From contig JBEPZY010000001.1 in assembly GCA_041640595.1 (NCBI GenBank), positions 1,175,471 through 1,239,470 on the forward strand: a stretch of DNA of 64,000 bases, given 5' to 3'. The notes beneath the pieces were generated by a model, which was not told the origin of the DNA, did no database searches, and worked only from the letters and a program-made list of their open reading frames with translations. Position numbers and translations under genes: made by a program. Origin of the DNA: Gemmatales bacterium (GTDB taxonomy: Bacteria; Planctomycetota; Planctomycetia; Gemmatales; HRBIN36). Positions 30,977-40,871 of this stretch are shown in pieces (position 1 is the first letter of the stretch; every line of letters begins with the position of its first letter).

Positions 30977-31699
30977 ATGCGCGTCCTGGTGGCTATTCCC
31001 GTATATAACGAAGAGCGGAACGTTGTGACGGTGTTGCGACAGGTTCGGGAATGGGTGAGCGAAATCCTGGTGGTCAATGACGGTTCGACCGATGGCACAG
31101 CCGATTTGCTGGCCCGGGAAAAAGACCTGCATTTGATCACACACCGGCAGAATCGGGGTTACGGAGCGGCGATCCGCTCGGCCATGGCGTTTGCCCTGGC
31201 GCATCGTTACGAGGTGCTGGTGACCATGGACTGCGATGGCCAGCACGAACCGCACCGGATTCCCGTGTTGCTGGAAGCCCTCAGCGAGGAAATCGAGCTG
31301 GTCTCCGGCTCACGTTACCTGCGCCGTTTTCATCATGACGACGAACCGCCACACGACCGCAGACACATCAATCAAGTCATCACCCAGGAGCTCAACCAGC
31401 GACTTGGTTTGCAAATCACGGATGCTTTTTGCGGTTTCAAAGCCTATCGGGTGCGTGCGCTCAAAGACCTGGACCTCGACGAAGATGGCTGGGGCATGCC
31501 TTTGCAACTGTGGGTACAGGCAGCGTTTTTAGGCTGGCGAATCCGCGAAGTGGCTGTCCCGCGCCTCTACCTTGACCCCCATCGAGCTTTTGGCGGTACG
31601 TTGAACGATCCCGAGGTGCGGCTGGCTTATTATCGCAGTGTCCTCGAACGGGAACTAACCCGCTGTCTCATTGGCTGGCGGGGAGGCTACCGCGGATGA
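30977..31699 (+). CDS. family 2 glycosyltransferase (polyprenol-phosphate sugar transferase-like)
   Basis: VAIPVYNEERNV..VVNDGSTDGT..MDCDGQHEP (DxD region). Confidence 0.85.
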   Translation: MRVLVAIPVYNEERNVVTVLRQVREWVSEILVVNDGSTDGTADLLAREKDLHLITHRQNRGYGAAIRSAMAFALAHRYEVLVTMDCDGQHEPHRIPVLLEALSEEIELVSGSRYLRRFHHDDEPPHDRRHINQVITQELNQRLGLQITDAFCGFKAYRVRALKDLDLDEDGWGMPLQLWVQAAFLGWRIREVAVPRLYLDPHRAFGGTLNDPEVRLAYYRSVLERELTRCLIGWRGGYRG

Positions 31700-33399
31700 A
31701 TGCCGCCAGATGGCATGCCCCGCAGGAAGACGGTGGCACACTCATCGAACCACCACCGTCCAACTGGCCTGAATGTGTAAAGACCAACGCCGAGTGTTTC
31801 CGGACAATCGAGACGCGATTCTGTGGCATTTCGTTGGCCGATTGGCGCAGCGAACTGCGCACCCTGGTTGCGCAATTGGCAAGTGTTCAGCTTCAGCGCT
31901 GGGGCGAAAATGTCCGCTGGCCCGAGGGAGGATTTCTGGTAACCGGCCATCAACCGGAATTGTTCCATCCCGGCGTCTGGGCCAAGTGCTTTGCCCTTGC
32001 CGAGGCTGCACCAAAAATCGGATTAGTCCCACTGAATTTGATCGCCGACCACGACCAGCCGAAGCCTCTGGCCATTCGTGTCCCAGTCCGCAATGAACGG
32101 GGGCTGACTACGGAGTGGGTTCCGTTCTGCGATGCCAGCCCTGCCCTGGCATGGGAAGAATACGCTGTTAGCTGGGGACAGGAATACTCGTTACCAACAC
32201 TGCAGGCACAACTTCAATCGAGCCCGCCTATCCCCACACAGTCGGCACCAAACTTGTGTTCGGAAGAACGTTTTCAAAATTTCCCCAAACAGGTCGTGCG
32301 AATATGTGGTGATTTGTTACCGGAGATGATTCTGCCGGACTTCTGGTCGTTAGCGATGGAGCTAGCGGCGCGACTCAATCCCCCGGCCTGCCTCGCGGAG
32401 ACTTTGTCCGGAGCCAGAAGGCTCTGGGAACAGCGCTGGGGTTATCACAACGCCGAATTGCGAGTCTCGGCCCTGTCAGATACGGAACCGTTTCATGCGT
32501 TTGTCGTCACGTTGCTCGATCAATTGCCGAGCTTTGTCCAGCAACACAACGCCGAACTGTACGCTTTTCGACGCGAGAACCGTCTGCGCAGTCGCACCCA
32601 TCCGGTGCCTCCATTGCGGAGCGCTGAGGGTTGGTGCGAATCTCCTTTCTGGGCGTGGACGCGTGGCCAACCGCGACGACCGTTATGGTGGTCTGCTCGG
32701 AACGATGGCTGGCAATTGCGTTTGGGGGAAGCCGGCCCAATTCTTCACGTCCGCGCCGTTCGACGTCGGGAAGATTTATCAGTCTGGCGGCAGGCACTTC
32801 AGCAGGCCGGGTGGAAAATTCGTCCCCGCGCACTGACCCTGACACTTTTCGTCCGCCTTTTCCTTGCTGAGCTGTTTGTGCACGGCATCGGTGGAGCAAT
32901 TTACGACCGGTTTACCGACCGACTACTATGGCGTGTGTGGGGAATCAAGCCGCCGCACTACACGGTGGTTTCGGCAACGTTGCGGTTACCATTGCCGCGT
33001 CCGGCAGTACCCTCGTGGAACCGTGCGGAGTTATTACAGCGTGTGCGCGATTGCCAGTTTAACCCCGACCGCGTCTTACCACCGCAAGCCCTGGCGCTAC
33101 CGCAAGTGCAATCGCTGGTAGCGCGCAAACGAGCTCTTCTGCAGCAATGGGCTGAGGCTAGCCGAGAGCAACGACCGGTCCTGCATCGGCAGCTTGCAGA
33201 AATCCGCGAGGCTTTGCGGCCTATGACGCGGCAGGTCGAGGCAGAGCTACGCCAGCGACTCAATATGCTCGCCCATTATCAGGCACAATCGGCTCTGGTA
33301 ACGGCTCGCGACTGGGCTTTCGTCTTATACAGTGACAGCGCGTTGACACACCTGGTGGAAATCGTCCGGCAAAAATTCTCGGTGTTGCGAGGCGTTTGA
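31696..33399 (+). CDS. conserved hypothetical protein, distant BshC-like (putative ligase family)
   Basis: 567 aa, with its start overlapping the GT2 stop (ATGA). TGHQPELFHPGVWAKCFALAEAA..GLVPLNLIADHDQP resembles the GGQQxGLxxGPLYxxxK...LA...P.fW.a.eDHD block of BshC, and there is a C-terminal coiled coil. The assignment is weak. Confidence 0.55.
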   Translation: MNAARWHAPQEDGGTLIEPPPSNWPECVKTNAECFRTIETRFCGISLADWRSELRTLVAQLASVQLQRWGENVRWPEGGFLVTGHQPELFHPGVWAKCFALAEAAPKIGLVPLNLIADHDQPKPLAIRVPVRNERGLTTEWVPFCDASPALAWEEYAVSWGQEYSLPTLQAQLQSSPPIPTQSAPNLCSEERFQNFPKQVVRICGDLLPEMILPDFWSLAMELAARLNPPACLAETLSGARRLWEQRWGYHNAELRVSALSDTEPFHAFVVTLLDQLPSFVQQHNAELYAFRRENRLRSRTHPVPPLRSAEGWCESPFWAWTRGQPRRPLWWSARNDGWQLRLGEAGPILHVRAVRRREDLSVWRQALQQAGWKIRPRALTLTLFVRLFLAELFVHGIGGAIYDRFTDRLLWRVWGIKPPHYTVVSATLRLPLPRPAVPSWNRAELLQRVRDCQFNPDRVLPPQALALPQVQSLVARKRALLQQWAEASREQRPVLHRQLAEIREALRPMTRQVEAELRQRLNMLAHYQAQSALVTARDWAFVLYSDSALTHLVEIVRQKFSVLRGV

Positions 33400-33419
33400 A
33401 CCCATAGCGGTTCACCGGA

Positions 33420-35765
33420 CTAGGCCGCTTGGCTGTGCGACCAGCAACAGGAGGACGCCTTGCCCACTGCATTCAAGGTACGTTTACGCTCCGCCACTTC
33501 GTAAAAGATATCGAGCAGAGCCCGGTACAAATGATCCATCGTCCAGTCTGCGGCAGCACGACGAGCATGCAGGGAACATTGCCGGCGGATATCTGGTTGG
33601 GAGAGCAAATCCAGATACTCCGCCAGTCTCCAGTAATCATGCGGGTCATCCAGCACGAAACCGTTCAGCGGCGGGGTCAACAATTCGGCGGCGCCGTTGT
33701 AGCAGGTGGTGATGACGGGCAAACCGCAGGCCAGGGCTTCCATGACTACCAGCGAACAGGGATCGTAAAAGGTGGGATGCACGACAAAATCCGCAGCGAA
33801 GAAGCAGCGTCGCACGTCCGCTTGGTAGCCGAGAAAATGTACCTGTTCACTCACGCCCAACCGGTGAGCAAGTTGTCGGTAAGCGACATCCTTCCGACTG
33901 CCGCAAACCAGCAACCGCAATGGTTTGCCGCGAAGAACCTGCATGGCCTGGAGAAGTGTCCCCAGCCCTTTGAGGGGATAGTTGTGGCCGACGAACAACG
34001 CCACCGGGACATCGGGGGCGATGCCCAGGCGTTGCCGCATTTCCTGCCGCAGATTTTCCCGCTGGTCCTCGGCGAATCGCTGAGGATCAATGGCGGCATG
34101 CAAAACACGAATTTGGTCGGCAGGAAGATGGTAATAGCGTTGACAATGGCGTTTGACCATATCGCTTACCGCGATGATCAACGGTCGGCGTCCGCGACAA
34201 AACTGTTTGCGCTCCAGCAGTAAATACGACCAGTAGCAGATGTCCAGCATGCGCCACACTCGAGCTATCCCCCGTCGCCACCAACTGCGATAGCGCAGGA
34301 TGTTGTGGTCGGCGTTGGCCACATGCAAACCGCCTCCGAGAATGATTACGTCCTGGTGCCAGGTTTTGACAAAGCCGACCGTAACGTCAAAATGCTGTTG
34401 TCGCAGGGCATCTTCGCAGGATTGTGCGAAATACCACGGCCGCAAAAACCGCGGCATCCACCGCATCGGCAAACGGTGGAAAATGAGGCTGTCTGGCAAA
34501 GCCTCCGCATCCCGCTGCCAGGCAAAGAGGTGAACCTCGTGACCGTCTCGTATCAGTCGGCGAATCAGATCCACGATAAAGACTTCCATGCCCCCACGGG
34601 CCGGATACACTTTGTCGTAACACAGCGCAATCCGCAGCGGTACTGGATGGCAGGGCAGAATGGACGAAGAACTGTTCCCGCTACTCCAGACACGAAGGCC
34701 TGCCGCCCGACCTCCACTGCTCTCCGACGGCGTTTCGATTGTTGGCGTGGACGGTTGGTCAGATCGTGATGAACTCGTTGTCGCCTCAGTATGTATCCAC
34801 CAGTTTCGCTTGGATTGTACACCGGCGTGATGGGCATTTTGCCGGCGATAGCGTTCGGCTTTGCGCAGGACTCGACGCAATAGGCGCAGGTCGCATGGGT
34901 TTAGCTGGTCGCGATTCAGGTAGGAGCGGAAGAAGATCATCCAGTCGTCCGGCTCCAGGCCCGGTACGGACATGGAGAATGCTAATTGTGCTAAATCCTT
35001 GGTTCGCCAGCGCCAAACGAGCCAGTTATGCTGTCGCATCCGGTGCAGGTCAATCAGATAGATCCGGTCGCGCAATTCTGCATCGGGGCGCAAACACTCA
35101 GCGGGCAGGAAAAAGTGGCACAGGTACAAATCCTTGTGGAATCGTTGGGCAGCATGTAAGCGACGCACCAGCTGACCCAGATGCTGGAGCAAGCACGTTT
35201 TCCAGTGCTGAAACTCCTGCGGAGTAAGCATTCGCCAGGCAAGCGGTATAGCCTGGTGCAACGGAAGCATGTCTTGGAGCTCGCGCACCGCCAGGAAACT
35301 TTGCAGACGCAAGCCCGGTCCAAAATGTTCTCCTGCGGCCAGGGCTTCAGGGACAGCCAATCCCGCTGCTTTCGCCCATTGCAGGTTTCGCCATTCCTGC
35401 ATGGCACTGGATTCCCCGAACCCACATAACACCGTCAGACGCTGCCACAACGGTAACCAGTAGTGGCGTTTCAAAAAAAGAGTCAATTGACCGTCGGGGC
35501 CGCTCACGGTCAACTTCCCCACCGAACGCCCTTGCTTGGAACTGGCGATTTCCTGCACCGACCACCGCAGCACATCTTGCACGGCAGCCTCGCCGAAGTA
35601 GCGCCGCCAGGTCGGTGTGCTTTCCACCACGACTTTTCCTCGCCGCCAGCGTTGCCACCATGCATACCAGCTCATCCTGGTCTCCGGTTCTTCCGTAAAA
35701 TCTTCGCTCAGCCAGTCTCTCGAATCGCCCGAGGTCACGCAGCTAGCCAACTTGCGCTGTGGCAA
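33420..35765 (-). CDS. fusion protein: N-terminal lipopolysaccharide (Kdo/WaaP-family) kinase + C-terminal GT4 glycosyltransferase
   Basis: The N-terminal ~330 aa contain HKDLYLCHFF..IYLIDLHR (kinase catalytic/DxD-like loop). The C-terminal ~400 aa contain ARGGMEVFIVDLIRRL..GHEV and EALACGLPVITT (GT-B/GT4). Confidence 0.8.
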   Translation of the reverse strand: MPQRKLASCVTSGDSRDWLSEDFTEEPETRMSWYAWWQRWRRGKVVVESTPTWRRYFGEAAVQDVLRWSVQEIASSKQGRSVGKLTVSGPDGQLTLFLKRHYWLPLWQRLTVLCGFGESSAMQEWRNLQWAKAAGLAVPEALAAGEHFGPGLRLQSFLAVRELQDMLPLHQAIPLAWRMLTPQEFQHWKTCLLQHLGQLVRRLHAAQRFHKDLYLCHFFLPAECLRPDAELRDRIYLIDLHRMRQHNWLVWRWRTKDLAQLAFSMSVPGLEPDDWMIFFRSYLNRDQLNPCDLRLLRRVLRKAERYRRQNAHHAGVQSKRNWWIHTEATTSSSRSDQPSTPTIETPSESSGGRAAGLRVWSSGNSSSSILPCHPVPLRIALCYDKVYPARGGMEVFIVDLIRRLIRDGHEVHLFAWQRDAEALPDSLIFHRLPMRWMPRFLRPWYFAQSCEDALRQQHFDVTVGFVKTWHQDVIILGGGLHVANADHNILRYRSWWRRGIARVWRMLDICYWSYLLLERKQFCRGRRPLIIAVSDMVKRHCQRYYHLPADQIRVLHAAIDPQRFAEDQRENLRQEMRQRLGIAPDVPVALFVGHNYPLKGLGTLLQAMQVLRGKPLRLLVCGSRKDVAYRQLAHRLGVSEQVHFLGYQADVRRCFFAADFVVHPTFYDPCSLVVMEALACGLPVITTCYNGAAELLTPPLNGFVLDDPHDYWRLAEYLDLLSQPDIRRQCSLHARRAAADWTMDHLYRALLDIFYEVAERKRTLNAVGKASSCCWSHSQAA

Positions 35766-35776
35766 GTTTCAGACAA

Positions 35777-36670
35777 TCACGCGTCAGCATAAAGGAGGCA
35801 ATCCTGGAGAGCTACCTGCCAGCGCCGCTTGCGTACCACCGTTTCACGGCAACGCTCAGCTTCGCGCCGCACAGCTTTCCACAAAGGCAGACACCGGGCG
35901 CCAGTCGGTTGTAGTCGGTCTCCTCGTAGTTGGCCGGCGGTCAAACGCCCCAGATAGGTTTCCAGGAACTCCCGAAATTCCCCTGCTCTAGCCTGCCCTT
36001 GCGGCAGGGACGAAGCCAGTTTGGCCAGTTCGCGGATGCGTTCGGGCCAAGGGACGAACTTGTCCTGCCAGGAGCGAGCCAAATCGAGTACACCGATTTC
36101 CTGGTCAGTTAACCGCACGTAAATGTGCCAGGCATACAGATCGGGGTGGGCCAACCCGGCTCCGTGAAACTTAGCGAGCCAACTGGCCAATCGTTTCAAT
36201 AGGCCTTGCCATTCCTCGGTAGAGGCTCCAATAGCGTATTTGTCCAGTGGTACGCAATCCTGAAGTTCGGCAGTCAGCAAAAAGCCCTGCGAGCCGCGCT
36301 GCCCACAAGCCAGCACTGTTGGCACCAGAAAACCCGCCGCCTGTGCTCGGCGTAACATCCGCCATTCACGAACCGATTTGCCTACTGGTCCAAAACCATC
36401 CCACCAGTTGCGGAATTTTTCCTTGGCAGCAATGCGAAATTCTCGTTTCAGATACGCCGTCAATGGCCCCAAGCGCAGGCGTGTTACACTACGGCTACCG
36501 TTTTGCCGACGCCGCACCACCACACCTTGGCTCACCTTCAAAAAATCATCGAAGCGCAGCAGATTTTGTTCCTGCAGCAGGGTCAGGTAACCAGGATGCC
36601 GCCACAGCAATTCCATCGGCTCGCCTCCGTGCTCGAAAAGACCTAATAATTGGCAATTGGGAAACAGCAC
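35777..36670 (-). CDS. lipopolysaccharide kinase (Kdo/WaaP) family protein
   Basis: LKREF..REWRMLRRAQAAGFLVP..GLAHPDLYAWHIYV..IGVLDLARS. Confidence 0.75.
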   Translation of the reverse strand: MLFPNCQLLGLFEHGGEPMELLWRHPGYLTLLQEQNLLRFDDFLKVSQGVVVRRRQNGSRSVTRLRLGPLTAYLKREFRIAAKEKFRNWWDGFGPVGKSVREWRMLRRAQAAGFLVPTVLACGQRGSQGFLLTAELQDCVPLDKYAIGASTEEWQGLLKRLASWLAKFHGAGLAHPDLYAWHIYVRLTDQEIGVLDLARSWQDKFVPWPERIRELAKLASSLPQGQARAGEFREFLETYLGRLTAGQLRGDRLQPTGARCLPLWKAVRREAERCRETVVRKRRWQVALQDCLLYADA

Positions 36671-36676
36671 TCGGCT

Positions 36677-36788
36677 CGCTTCCGTGCTTTCGCTGTAATC
36701 AAGGATGATAAGGCCTCGGGGCGGGCAAATCTCGCAGTGGGGTTAGACCACCGCTTCCGTGCTTTCGCTGTAATCGAGGATGATCAGG
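36677..36788. repeat. 75-bp direct duplication in the intergenic spacer of the LPS operon
   Basis: CGCTTCCGTGCTTTCGCTGTAATCRAGGATGATMAGG occurs at 36677 and 36752, matching at 35 of 37 positions. Confidence 0.85.
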
Positions 36789-36855
36789 AGAGGCCTGCCA
36801 TCGCCTTATGGAAGCTGGTGCTTTCACGATGCGCTTGCGAATCCGTGATCGGGAA

Positions 36856-38040
36856 TTAAGGATTCCGGTTTAGGCTAGGGATGAATGCAGCCGAGGCTTG
36901 CACAGTCTCGAGCGGGACAGTGCAAGCATCCCGCCAGCGATGCAGCCAGGAGCATGCCTGTTCAAAGACAAATTCGGGCGCCAGTTCGCGCATGCAGCGG
37001 TGATCGCGCGGGCATCGCCGCAATTGACACGGTCCGCAGGAGACAACCTGTTGCAGGTGCAGCGAGCGCGGATGGAAAGTTTCCGTCCAGGCGATGTGAG
37101 TCGGCCCGAAGATTGTAACCACTGGACGGTCAAAAGCTACGGCAATGTGTCGCGGCCCGCTGTCCGTAGTAATCAGCATCGCCACCCGTTTCAGGCACGC
37201 CTTGACCAATCCCAGATCGATCCTTTCGTGGTGCAATCCATAGACCTGCGGATGGCTGGAGAGCTTTTCAATTTCCTGGGCAATTTTTCGCTCGGCTGGC
37301 CCACACAAGACCAGAACACCACATGCCAATTCCCAGGCCAGCCGGCGGGCCAGTTCCGCGAAATAATCCACAGGCCAGCATTTCGCCGAACCGTAAGCCG
37401 CTCCGGGGTGTAAAGCCACCACCGGACGAGTTTGCCAATTCCGCTTCTGCCAGATGCGCTCTGCGGCCGCCTCCTGCTCTGGTGTGGTAAATAGCTGCAT
37501 TTGCACTCCGGGATCGGGGCATCCCAATCGCTGAGCCAGGCGGTTATAGGCCAGCAGGACGGGATAAGGTAACCGTCGGCCCTTTTCGATGGCTGGCCAG
37601 TCGAGTGCTTCCGTGAGTAACCAGCTGCGACCATCTCGTCGGTAACCGATACGGTTTCGGCAGCCACCCAGCCATGCCGCCAGCGCTGTCCGCAGGGAAT
37701 TGGGAAATAATAAGCCCCAAGTTGCCTGCCTGGAGCGCAGTTGACGTACCATCGGCCAAAAATCGTCACTGGCAATCGCGTCGTCGAACCAGGGACATCC
37801 CGCCAGCAGTTCGGACAGATAACGCCGATAAACCGCAACGATTAACGCCTGCGGAAAATGCTGTCGCAAAGCCCTCAGCGCCGGCGTGCACATGACCACA
37901 TCTCCCACCCAATTCGGCAAAAACACCGCCAGCACCGGTTTGGCGTCAGGCTTCGTTCCGGCAACCAGGCGAACCCCACCGGTGGTTTCGTCGAGCATCG
38001 GGGTGGTCATGGCCGAACGAAACCTGCGGCTGCGCTGCAA
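36856..38040 (-). CDS. family 9 glycosyltransferase (LPS heptosyltransferase)
   Basis: FLPNWVGDVVMCTPALRAL, TTDSGPRHIAVAF, and GPTHIAWT with a C-terminal Cys motif. Confidence 0.85.
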   Translation of the reverse strand: MQRSRRFRSAMTTPMLDETTGGVRLVAGTKPDAKPVLAVFLPNWVGDVVMCTPALRALRQHFPQALIVAVYRRYLSELLAGCPWFDDAIASDDFWPMVRQLRSRQATWGLLFPNSLRTALAAWLGGCRNRIGYRRDGRSWLLTEALDWPAIEKGRRLPYPVLLAYNRLAQRLGCPDPGVQMQLFTTPEQEAAAERIWQKRNWQTRPVVALHPGAAYGSAKCWPVDYFAELARRLAWELACGVLVLCGPAERKIAQEIEKLSSHPQVYGLHHERIDLGLVKACLKRVAMLITTDSGPRHIAVAFDRPVVTIFGPTHIAWTETFHPRSLHLQQVVSCGPCQLRRCPRDHRCMRELAPEFVFEQACSWLHRWRDACTVPLETVQASAAFIPSLNRNP

Positions 38041-38156
38041 ATGGGACAGCCAGCACAGTTCTCGTGACTGAGCTGAACAAACTTATCTCCAGCAAGTGCC
38101 GTCTTTCGAGGAAGCAAGCTCCACACTGGTTCTGTCCTCCCTGGAAAGCGGACGAC

Positions 38157-39707
38157 CTAAGCCGCGCGGCTAACGGTCGCAGTCATCAACCGATGAATTA
38201 AAGCGGTGGTGCTGAACCCGTCATGGTACGCGGCAATATGGACACGCCCACCGTAAGATTGCACGAAATCGGCTCCGATTACTTCCTGGGGCCGGTAATC
38301 ACCTCCTTTGACAAGCACATCGGGCCGAATCCGGCGGATCAGTTCCAGAGGTGTGGCGTCGTCGAAGACCACCAGAAAATCCACCGCCTCCAGTGCCGCC
38401 AGGACGGCCAGCCGGGCTTCGCACGGTTGCACCGGCCGATTCGCTCCTTTCAATTGCCGAACGCTGGCATCGCTATTGACCGCCACAAACAGGACATCTC
38501 CCTGAGCTTTGGCTTCCTGCAAATAACGCACATGGCCCACGTGTAACAAATCAAAACAACCGTTGGTGAAAACGATACGCAGACCCGCCTGGCGGCAACG
38601 CTCGACTACGGCAGGGATTTCCTCGCTACTCAGGATTTTGCGAGGCGTAAGTCCCGCAGATTTTCGCCAGGAATTTCCGAACTGGCAGGCAGATTCCATT
38701 TCGCGGAGGTCCTGCAAAATTTCGTCGCGTGTTACGGGAGCAACACCGATCCGCTCGACTTCCAGTCCACCGGCCACATTGGCCAGACGGATAGCCTCGG
38801 GATAATCCGCTCCGGCCGCCAGTGCCATTCCCAGCATGCTCAAAACCATGTCGCCAGCTCCGGTAATGTCATACACCTGCCGGGGACGTGTCGGAAAATG
38901 CGATCGGCGGCCACTGCGGTCAGCCAGAACCATGCCGTCCTTGTCGAGGGTGACAATGCACGCTTCCAGTCCCAGCCAGTCCAGCAACTGTCCGGCGGCA
39001 GCCAGTGCCTGCGGTACCGTAGTCGTCGCCAGTCCGGTCGCCAACGCAGCTTCGAGACGATTGGGCGTCAGGGCTGTGCAGCCCCGGTATTTTTCGTACA
39101 CGTGGTTCTCGGCGGAACTCTTGCAACGCACCGGGTCTGCCAGGATTTGTTTGCCTCTCGTTTTTGCTTCTGCCACCACCCAGGCCAACAGCGACGGCGT
39201 GCAAACGCCCTTGTCGTAATCGCTAACCAGAACGAGATCGGCCCGACCTATCCGCGGACGCAAAAGCTCACGCAACCGCGATTCGATACCGGAACCGATC
39301 CACTCACGGCTTTCGTAATCCACACGCAGCATCTGCTGCGGATGGCGTTGCTGGGCCCGACCCATGTAACGTTCTTTGACGGTAGTGGGTCGGTCGGAGT
39401 CCACCAGCACAGCTTCGCGTTCCACTCCCAGATCATCGAGAAGCTGGCAAACACGGCGAGCATCGGCATCCTCACCAATAACTCCGGCCAGCATTACTCG
39501 AGCTCCCAGCGCACGTAGCAGGGTCGCCACACTACTGGCACCACCCAACCGTTCTTCCTTGCGATCCGCATGCAATAGCACCACCGGAGCTTCCTGACTG
39601 ATCCGTTCAGCGTTGCCCCAGATGTAGCGGTCGAGCATGATGTCGCCCACTACAAGAATTTCCGGTTGACCCAATCGCTCCACCAGTGCTATCAGGTCGT
39701 TGGTCAT
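38157..39707 (-). CDS. hldE: bifunctional D-beta-D-heptose 7-phosphate kinase / heptose 1-phosphate adenylyltransferase
   Basis: The N-terminal ribokinase-like domain has VVGDIMLDRY and DITGAGD. The C-terminal cytidylyltransferase has FTNGCFDLLHVGHVRYL. Confidence 0.9.
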   Translation of the reverse strand: MTNDLIALVERLGQPEILVVGDIMLDRYIWGNAERISQEAPVVLLHADRKEERLGGASSVATLLRALGARVMLAGVIGEDADARRVCQLLDDLGVEREAVLVDSDRPTTVKERYMGRAQQRHPQQMLRVDYESREWIGSGIESRLRELLRPRIGRADLVLVSDYDKGVCTPSLLAWVVAEAKTRGKQILADPVRCKSSAENHVYEKYRGCTALTPNRLEAALATGLATTTVPQALAAAGQLLDWLGLEACIVTLDKDGMVLADRSGRRSHFPTRPRQVYDITGAGDMVLSMLGMALAAGADYPEAIRLANVAGGLEVERIGVAPVTRDEILQDLREMESACQFGNSWRKSAGLTPRKILSSEEIPAVVERCRQAGLRIVFTNGCFDLLHVGHVRYLQEAKAQGDVLFVAVNSDASVRQLKGANRPVQPCEARLAVLAALEAVDFLVVFDDATPLELIRRIRPDVLVKGGDYRPQEVIGADFVQSYGGRVHIAAYHDGFSTTALIHRLMTATVSRAA

Positions 39708-39767
39708 GCACTCACACCTCGGTTTTGTGGGAAAGGCACAATCGGCTTGGCTGTTCTCTGCCCGAGC

Positions 39768-40871
39768 TTACCTTCGCAGCTGGTGCAAATGCGACACTGC
39801 TCCATCCGCTACCGGTGCTGCCAGCGCACAAATTACCGCCGCGTGCAATAACGGGATGAGGATTTCGTGATGCCCGATAATTTCGATGCTGGCATCTGCG
39901 GGTCGCTCACAAACGTTGACCCGACTGCGGTACTGCACATGCTTATCGAGGTTCACCGTGAGCAACCCCTGCAGCGAATAGCCAAGATTGCGAGCCACGC
40001 TCACGGCTTTCAGGAAAACTTCCGGCATGATGACTGCACTGCCGAGATTCATCCAGATACCATGTGCCAAACCCGCGACCACACCGCAAAGTTTTCGGAA
40101 ATCCGTAAGACTCGCTTCGCCCAGGTCGGCTCCGCGAACCTGTGGATGCATGTGCACGATATCCGTCCCCAGTGCCACATGAACGGTACAGGGAATACCG
40201 GCTTGATATGCCGTCGCTACCAGGCTGCAATGCAGGTATGGCAAACGGTCTTCCACCATGCAGGCACCCAGGGCAGCTCCCAAGCCGATACCTTCGCGGG
40301 CAGCACGTTCGGCGGCTCGAGCGAAGATCGCTGCCGTTTCGCGGGCCATGCCGAATTTTCCCTGCGGTAATTGTGCGGCAACATCCTCGCTGGTCTTCCC
40401 GGCGCAGGCGAGCTCAAAATCGTGAATCGCCGCCGAGCCGTTCATGGCTACCGCATGCAGGATGCCGCGCTGAATCCAGTCGTTCAGGTAGGGACCGCAA
40501 CCGGTCTTAACCACGTGCCCGCCAATCGCCGCCACGACGGTGTGCTTATTTCGCACTGCGTTCACGATGGCGTCGCGCAGACGCCGTATCTCTACGGCTG
40601 CCAGTTGCTGCGGCAGACTTTCCAGCCAATCGCTAAAACTTACTCGACCTGCTAGAGGACGGCCCAACTGTCCCACGTGCACCTTGCTAGGACGATCATG
40701 GAGCGAATAGGTGGTGAGCCGTTCCCAGGGCAGATCGGCGGGCAAACCAGCTTGCGAAGCTCTGCTGCGAGCAGCATCGTCAGTAGTGGGACAGGATGCT
40801 GACGTCCTGCGGACGCCAGACTCGGCACCGAGGCAATCCGAATCGCACGGTCGGGCAGGATTACGTTCCAT
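39768..40871 (-). CDS. conserved hypothetical protein (deoxyhypusine-synthase-like fold suspected)
   Basis: 367-aa ORF between hldE and lpxK on the same strand, with GGHVVKTG..MNGSAAIHDFE..HVALGTDIVH blocks. Function not established. Confidence 0.5.
   Translation of the reverse strand: MERNPARPCDSDCLGAESGVRRTSASCPTTDDAARSRASQAGLPADLPWERLTTYSLHDRPSKVHVGQLGRPLAGRVSFSDWLESLPQQLAAVEIRRLRDAIVNAVRNKHTVVAAIGGHVVKTGCGPYLNDWIQRGILHAVAMNGSAAIHDFELACAGKTSEDVAAQLPQGKFGMARETAAIFARAAERAAREGIGLGAALGACMVEDRLPYLHCSLVATAYQAGIPCTVHVALGTDIVHMHPQVRGADLGEASLTDFRKLCGVVAGLAHGIWMNLGSAVIMPEVFLKAVSVARNLGYSLQGLLTVNLDKHVQYRSRVNVCERPADASIEIIGHHEILIPLLHAAVICALAAPVADGAVSHLHQLRR

Noticed and set aside
33429-34223. Other long antisense ORFs (33429..34223 +, 38898..39518 +, 44550..45398 -, 23206..23814 -, 17313..17909 -, 27864..28469 -, 9515..10123 -)
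   Set aside because: Each is opposite a gene with clear family motifs (GT4 fusion, hldE, hydrolase-like, aroC, sufD, histidine kinase, acetyltransferase region), and each has skewed composition.
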